DNA of 63,580 nt, filler included, from Craspedostauros australis (taxonomy: Eukaryota), in assembly GCA_030167865.1 (NCBI GenBank). It is 8 parts of 8 records of this genome, joined end to end, with 100 filler letters (N's around TTAATTAATTAA, not from the genome) between each part and the next. Parts side by side here need not be neighbours in the genome. Positions count along the whole stretch, not along the records: positions 58,481 to 63,580 come from JALAGF010003333.1; 7 more parts are not named here. One strand, given 5' to 3'. Each line of letters opens with the position of its first letter. Within the stretch, counting starts at the first letter, position 1. Under the pieces are notes generated by a model that worked only from the letters and a program-made list of their open reading frames with translations, was not told where the DNA came from and searched no databases. Of the stretch, positions 59,342 through 63,580 are shown piece by piece. A program made the position numbers and the translations under genes.

Positions 59342-59543
59342 TGTTGGCAAGTTCCATGGACGGACACCTTGCGATCGTGGAAGATGGTGTTGGTTGATAG
59401 TCGTTTTGTTTGCTATTTCATTACATTGGCACTCCAATCCTCTTGGTGTCCGTTCTCTTGCCTGATGCTCTTGGCACGTCTGTCTGTTTTGTAGATTGGG
59501 TCTCTGACTATGAGTCAGTACGTGAGATGCTCTCTCGCTGCTA

Positions 59544-59575
<32 letters not shown>

Positions 59576-59930
59576 AATATTCCATGTTCATGTTACACGA
59601 TACTCCGTGTTCGATGCGTACTCCGCATTCGGCACTCTGTTCATTCACCACTGGTTCCTACTCCATGAGTACTTACCACTTGAACTTCACCTCCTGTATT
59701 CATGATCTTGATGCCCTTCGGTCATTGAATCTTCACCTTCTGCTCTGACATGGAGACAGATGTCAACGTGGTGACATGATGACATCCTGTCGACATCAGT
59801 AGGCGTCCTTCTGCTCTCCAGATGTCACGTTCCGTTGATGATGTGATGGTCTGTCAGATGATATCGTCTGTCAGGAATCGAGGGTACGACTCTGTCGGAA
59901 AGATACCCATGATTGCCGCAACTCCCAACA
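59342..59930. mobile_element. Candidate solo LTR (TGTTGG...CCAACA); its core ~59450..59870 is repeated at ~60850..61255
   Basis: Inverted LTR-type termini and a diverged second copy; no TSD found. Confidence 0.5.
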
Positions 59931-60107
59931 TTATTTGTCACACCTTTGGATATTATTCGTCACACCNNNNNNNNNNNNNNNNNNNNNNNNNNNNNNNNNN
60001 NNNNNNNNNNNNNNNNCAGTCTTACCAAGCAAACAAGCCTGTCCTCTGTGTATCAAGAAAAGGCCACGACATCTAAATCATGTGAAGGAGGATGATGACC
60101 AACCCAT

Positions 60108-60549
60108 TGATGATCACCCCATCTGGAGATCATGGCACGTGTCACCCACGGACTAGAACAACTCAAAAAGGGCATCAACCATGACATCAATCATGACACC
60201 AATCGTAAAGTTTGGTGTCAGGAGATCAAGAGCGAAACGCAAGACTGTGGAATCGTACCGCAGGGAATGTAGAATAAGGATATGCACGACGAGGTGCATG
60301 GCAAGAATGCCTACGGATATGCACGACAATATGCATGACAAGGATGCCTGCGGATGAGATCTCATGCATGCAAGTGTTGATTCATGATGATGAGATGCAT
60401 GAATACAACAGTCTAACACGATGCTGCTGCAGGAGATGCTACATGAGAAACGAAAGGCAAAGGAACTGAAGAGAATGAGCTCACAGTTCTGAATAGTACG
60501 ATCTAACAACCAATTAGTTCTTACTAACACTAACCCCGGATTTCCAACA
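60108..60549 (+). mobile_element. LTR relative of the 44481/46560 element (TGATGATCAC...GATTTCCAACA)
   Basis: Shares GAGCTCACAGTTCT...TTCTTACTAAC...CCCCGGATTTCCAACA at the 3' end and has a similar 5' start. Confidence 0.6.
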
Positions 60550-60564
60550 ATCGTCATTTGGGCT

Positions 60565-61533
60565 TTAGTTGGGAGGTACATCGAGCTTCGCTCGATACCA
60601 TACGTTTCCATTGATGGATCGACAGACGATATTCCTGATTCTCTCAGAAATCGTTGATTGCAAATTTCCTCCAGCAATTCTGCTCATTTTTGTGTGTTCC
60701 ATTTCCACTATAATTCTGACCAATCACAGCATACTATCGACACGAATGTAGTTATGCCGTTCAAGTGCGTATGAGAGAATAATGGGTGAACGATGCACAT
60801 ATACACGTACATCTTGACATATACTCACATGTATATCTCGACATACACCAGTTCTCTTGCCCGATGCTCTCGGTGCTTCAATCTGTTTCGTAGATTCGGT
60901 TTCCGACTATGAGTCGGTACGCGAGATGCTCTCTCGCTCCTCTCTGTACTCTCTCTCTCTCTCAACATCGTGTGCTCGCGCTACACAATACTCCATGTTC
61001 AATGCATACTCTGCATTCAACACTCCGTTCATTCAGTACTGGCTCCTACTCCATGAGTACTCGCCATTTGAAGTTCACTTTCTGTATCCATGATGCTGAT
61101 GCCTTTCGGTCATCGGATCTTCGCCTCCTGCTCTGACTTGGGGACAGATGTCAACGTGGTGACATGATGACATCCTGTCAACGTCAGTAGGTGTCCTTCT
61201 GCTCTCCAGATGTCATGTTCCATTGGTGATGCAGCAGTCTGTCAGATGATATCATCATCTGAGGTTTAGTTGGGAAGTACCTCGAGATTCTCTTGGTACC
61301 ATTGATGGATGGACGGACGATGTTCTAATTCTCTCAGAAATCGTCGATTGCAAATTTCCTCCAGAAATCTTGCTCATTTTCGTGTGTCCCATTTCCACTG
61401 TAATTCTGACCAATCACAGCATACTATTGACACGAATGTAGTTATACCGTCCAAGTGCGTATGAGAGAATACTGGGTGAACGATGCACATATACTCATAC
61501 ATCTTGACATATACTCACATGTACATCTCGACA
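60565..61533 (+). repeat. Diverged direct repeat: ~60565..60843 and ~61265..61533
   Basis: Long shared blocks, e.g. TCTCTCAGAAATCG..GATTGCAAATTTCCTCCAG and TAATTCTGACCAATCACAGCATACTAT. Confidence 0.85.
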
Positions 61534-62838
61534 CAGGAGCCCGGCCATTCACAACCATGGAGATAGGCCACAGCACCAACGTCGTGTCCGTGGCAACCAA
61601 CTTCTCGCGAGAGCAATCGCTAGTGAGGATGCATCGATGTTCATGGTAGGAGTGACGCCATGATACTTACGCGAAACAGCCATAGCTTGTATCATCCTCT
61701 CCCATCTTGCGTCCGACAATCGGCATTCCAAGACATCGCCGGGCCATTCCGATTGTAGGCCATTTATCGTGCCATCAATAGCATGAACAGGCCTTTCTGC
61801 AGATTGGCTTGGGTATTTGTTCGATGCTACACGTATCTCTGTGTCCATCTCGTTGTTGACATGCCGCGGCCCTGTGCTTGCCACAACCGACCATTGTTTC
61901 GAGGTAGACGGCCTTGCTAGCTCCGGATGCGTTGAAGCGAAACGCTCAAGAGAGTGGCATCCCGTTGCTGAGGATCTGCGCACTGTCGAACCCGAACGAG
62001 CAACCATCCGAGACCACCATGGTGACTGCGAGATCAGCTTCCTTTCGGCGATGCCTTTGGGGCGCGATCTACGTGACGGATTCTTGTCTGGAGAGAGATG
62101 GAACAGCACTGTGCGACGAGCGGACATCATGGACGGACTTGGAAAGAAGCACCATGGTACGTACATGGGTGTCGTGCCTTGGTTGATGCTGCGGTGATGC
62201 TTCCGACAGTGACAACCTCGCAGCCAGGATCGTGGCTCTTGAATGATTGGGTTACTCTCCTGTCTCTCTCATTCACGCCGAACGTGGATGAACACATTGA
62301 CGTGCGGTGTCACCTCACACTCTGCTGCACCATCTTGTGCTCTGCCTCGCCTCTGCTCGCTGCCGCATGCTTGGATCTTCGTGGCTCTTTTGTGGTTGGG
62401 GAACGGACGGTGGTCGTCGTGGCCATGCTGGGCCTCTTGTTGTTTGCAGCACTCGGCTGCTGCCTGTCGATAACGGTTCTTTGTCTCTCTTCTTCACATT
62501 CGTTCGACAACTACCACACAACAAACGTACAGCATATTATATATCATACGATTCAACAGTATGCACAGAGATGAAACGATCAGCGACGCTGCTGTTGCAG
62601 TGCACGAGGATGCTTTCACAAATATGTAAACATGGCATCCTTAGTATTGATGGCCTTTCTGGTACCTGTATGTCCAAGCATTGAGGTCCCTCGCCGCACT
62701 TATGGCATTGAGAGACTCGATCTGAGGGTGTGGGTGTGGGATTGCAGGTGGCACGATGCACCATGCAAGCATTCACGTACTTGGACATCCACGTACATGT
62801 AAACGAATGTGGCACAACCACATGAGTCCGCGAGTCGT

Positions 62839-63580
62839 TTAGACTCTCAGCATGTTCTTGGTTTTCTTGGTATCGCTGTCGGAAGTCATCATGTTACTCT
62901 TCGTTTTCTTCTCGTCAGAATCGACGAAGCTCTTCGTCTTCTTCATCACCACGGTCTCGCTTGGTGCGAATGTCGGCGACGAAGTCGGGGATCGTGTTGG
63001 CATCCACGTCGGTGCGCTGGTCGGCGCCGCGGTTGGATTGTTGTTTGGCTGAGCTGTCGGTGCAGACGTCGGTGAGGAAGTCGGGGCGCTGGTCGGAGCC
63101 GATGTTGGGGCAGACGTCGGTGAGCTTGTCGGGACTGATGTCGGAGCGCTGGTGGGTACTGGAACCGCAGCGGTGGGTGCCGATGTCGGGGCAGACGTCG
63201 GTGCGCTGGTCGGAGCACTTGTCGGCGCCGATGTTGGATTGGCATTTGGCTGAGATGTGGGCGCCGATGTCGGCGAGGAAGTCGGTGCACTGGTTGGAGC
63301 CGACGTTGGTGCGCTGGTTGGAGCAGGCGCAGTAGGCGACGCCGTTGGATTGCTTGTCGGGGCCGATGTTGGTGCGGATGTGGGCGCCGATGTGGGGACA
63401 GAAGTCGGATTGCTTGTCGGGGCCGATGTGGGCGCCGAAGTAGGAGCGCTGGTCGGTGCACTGGTAGGTGCGACCATCACGATATTTTGGTACAAAATGG
63501 CTCCGACGAAAGGATATCCGGCAAAATCAAAAGAGTTGTTCTGGCTATCGGATGCAACTACGCCAGCTTGTCCGTAGAAG
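62839..63580 (-). CDS. 3' part of a second mucin-like PTSAPT-repeat protein with a Lys-rich C-tail; start lies beyond the window
   Basis: Long (PTSA)n array followed by KKTKS/KKTKN repeats and a stop at 62839. Confidence 0.75.
   Translation of the reverse strand, partial: FYGQAGVVASDSQNNSFDFAGYPFVGAILYQNIVMVAPTSAPTSAPTSAPTSAPTSNPTSVPTSAPTSAPTSAPTSNPTASPTAPAPTSAPTSAPTSAPTSSPTSAPTSQPNANPTSAPTSAPTSAPTSAPTSAPTAAVPVPTSAPTSVPTSSPTSAPTSAPTSAPTSSPTSAPTAQPNNNPTAAPTSAPTWMPTRSPTSSPTFAPSETVVMKKTKSFVDSDEKKTKSNMMTSDSDTKKTKNMLRV

Overview
Eukaryotic nuclear DNA, almost certainly from a diatom. The evidence is GT-AG introns, ASAFAP-type bipartite plastid presequences, a CoDi-like Copia element and RxL-processed secreted proteins. 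The window is at least 8 contigs joined by N-padded TTAATTAATTAA six-frame-stop linkers, so gene adjacency across linkers is not reliable. Contig 1 holds plastid ferredoxin-nitrite reductase, UBC9 divergent from a Mn-type SOD with a twin-arginine (thylakoid lumen) presequence, a retinoblastoma-related protein, a small membrane protein, an FHA-like protein and a Cx4Cx9Cx2HG zinc-finger protein with seven HxRxxS motifs. Contig 2 holds a compact redox group (MDR/quinone oxidoreductase, glutathione reductase, and a membrane cytochrome b5 head-to-head with a ferric reductase/NOX) plus a mucin-like Cys-rich secreted protein. Later contigs carry a P450 fragment, a solo LTR split across a mis-oriented contig, two tandem AMT paralogs (one with an in-frame TGA), a ketopantoate reductase fragment, a COG0523 metallochaperone, a deleted Copia element, tRNA-Ala(AGC), LTR-like repeats and a second PTSAPT-repeat gene. 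All calls rest on visual motif recognition; no database searches were run.
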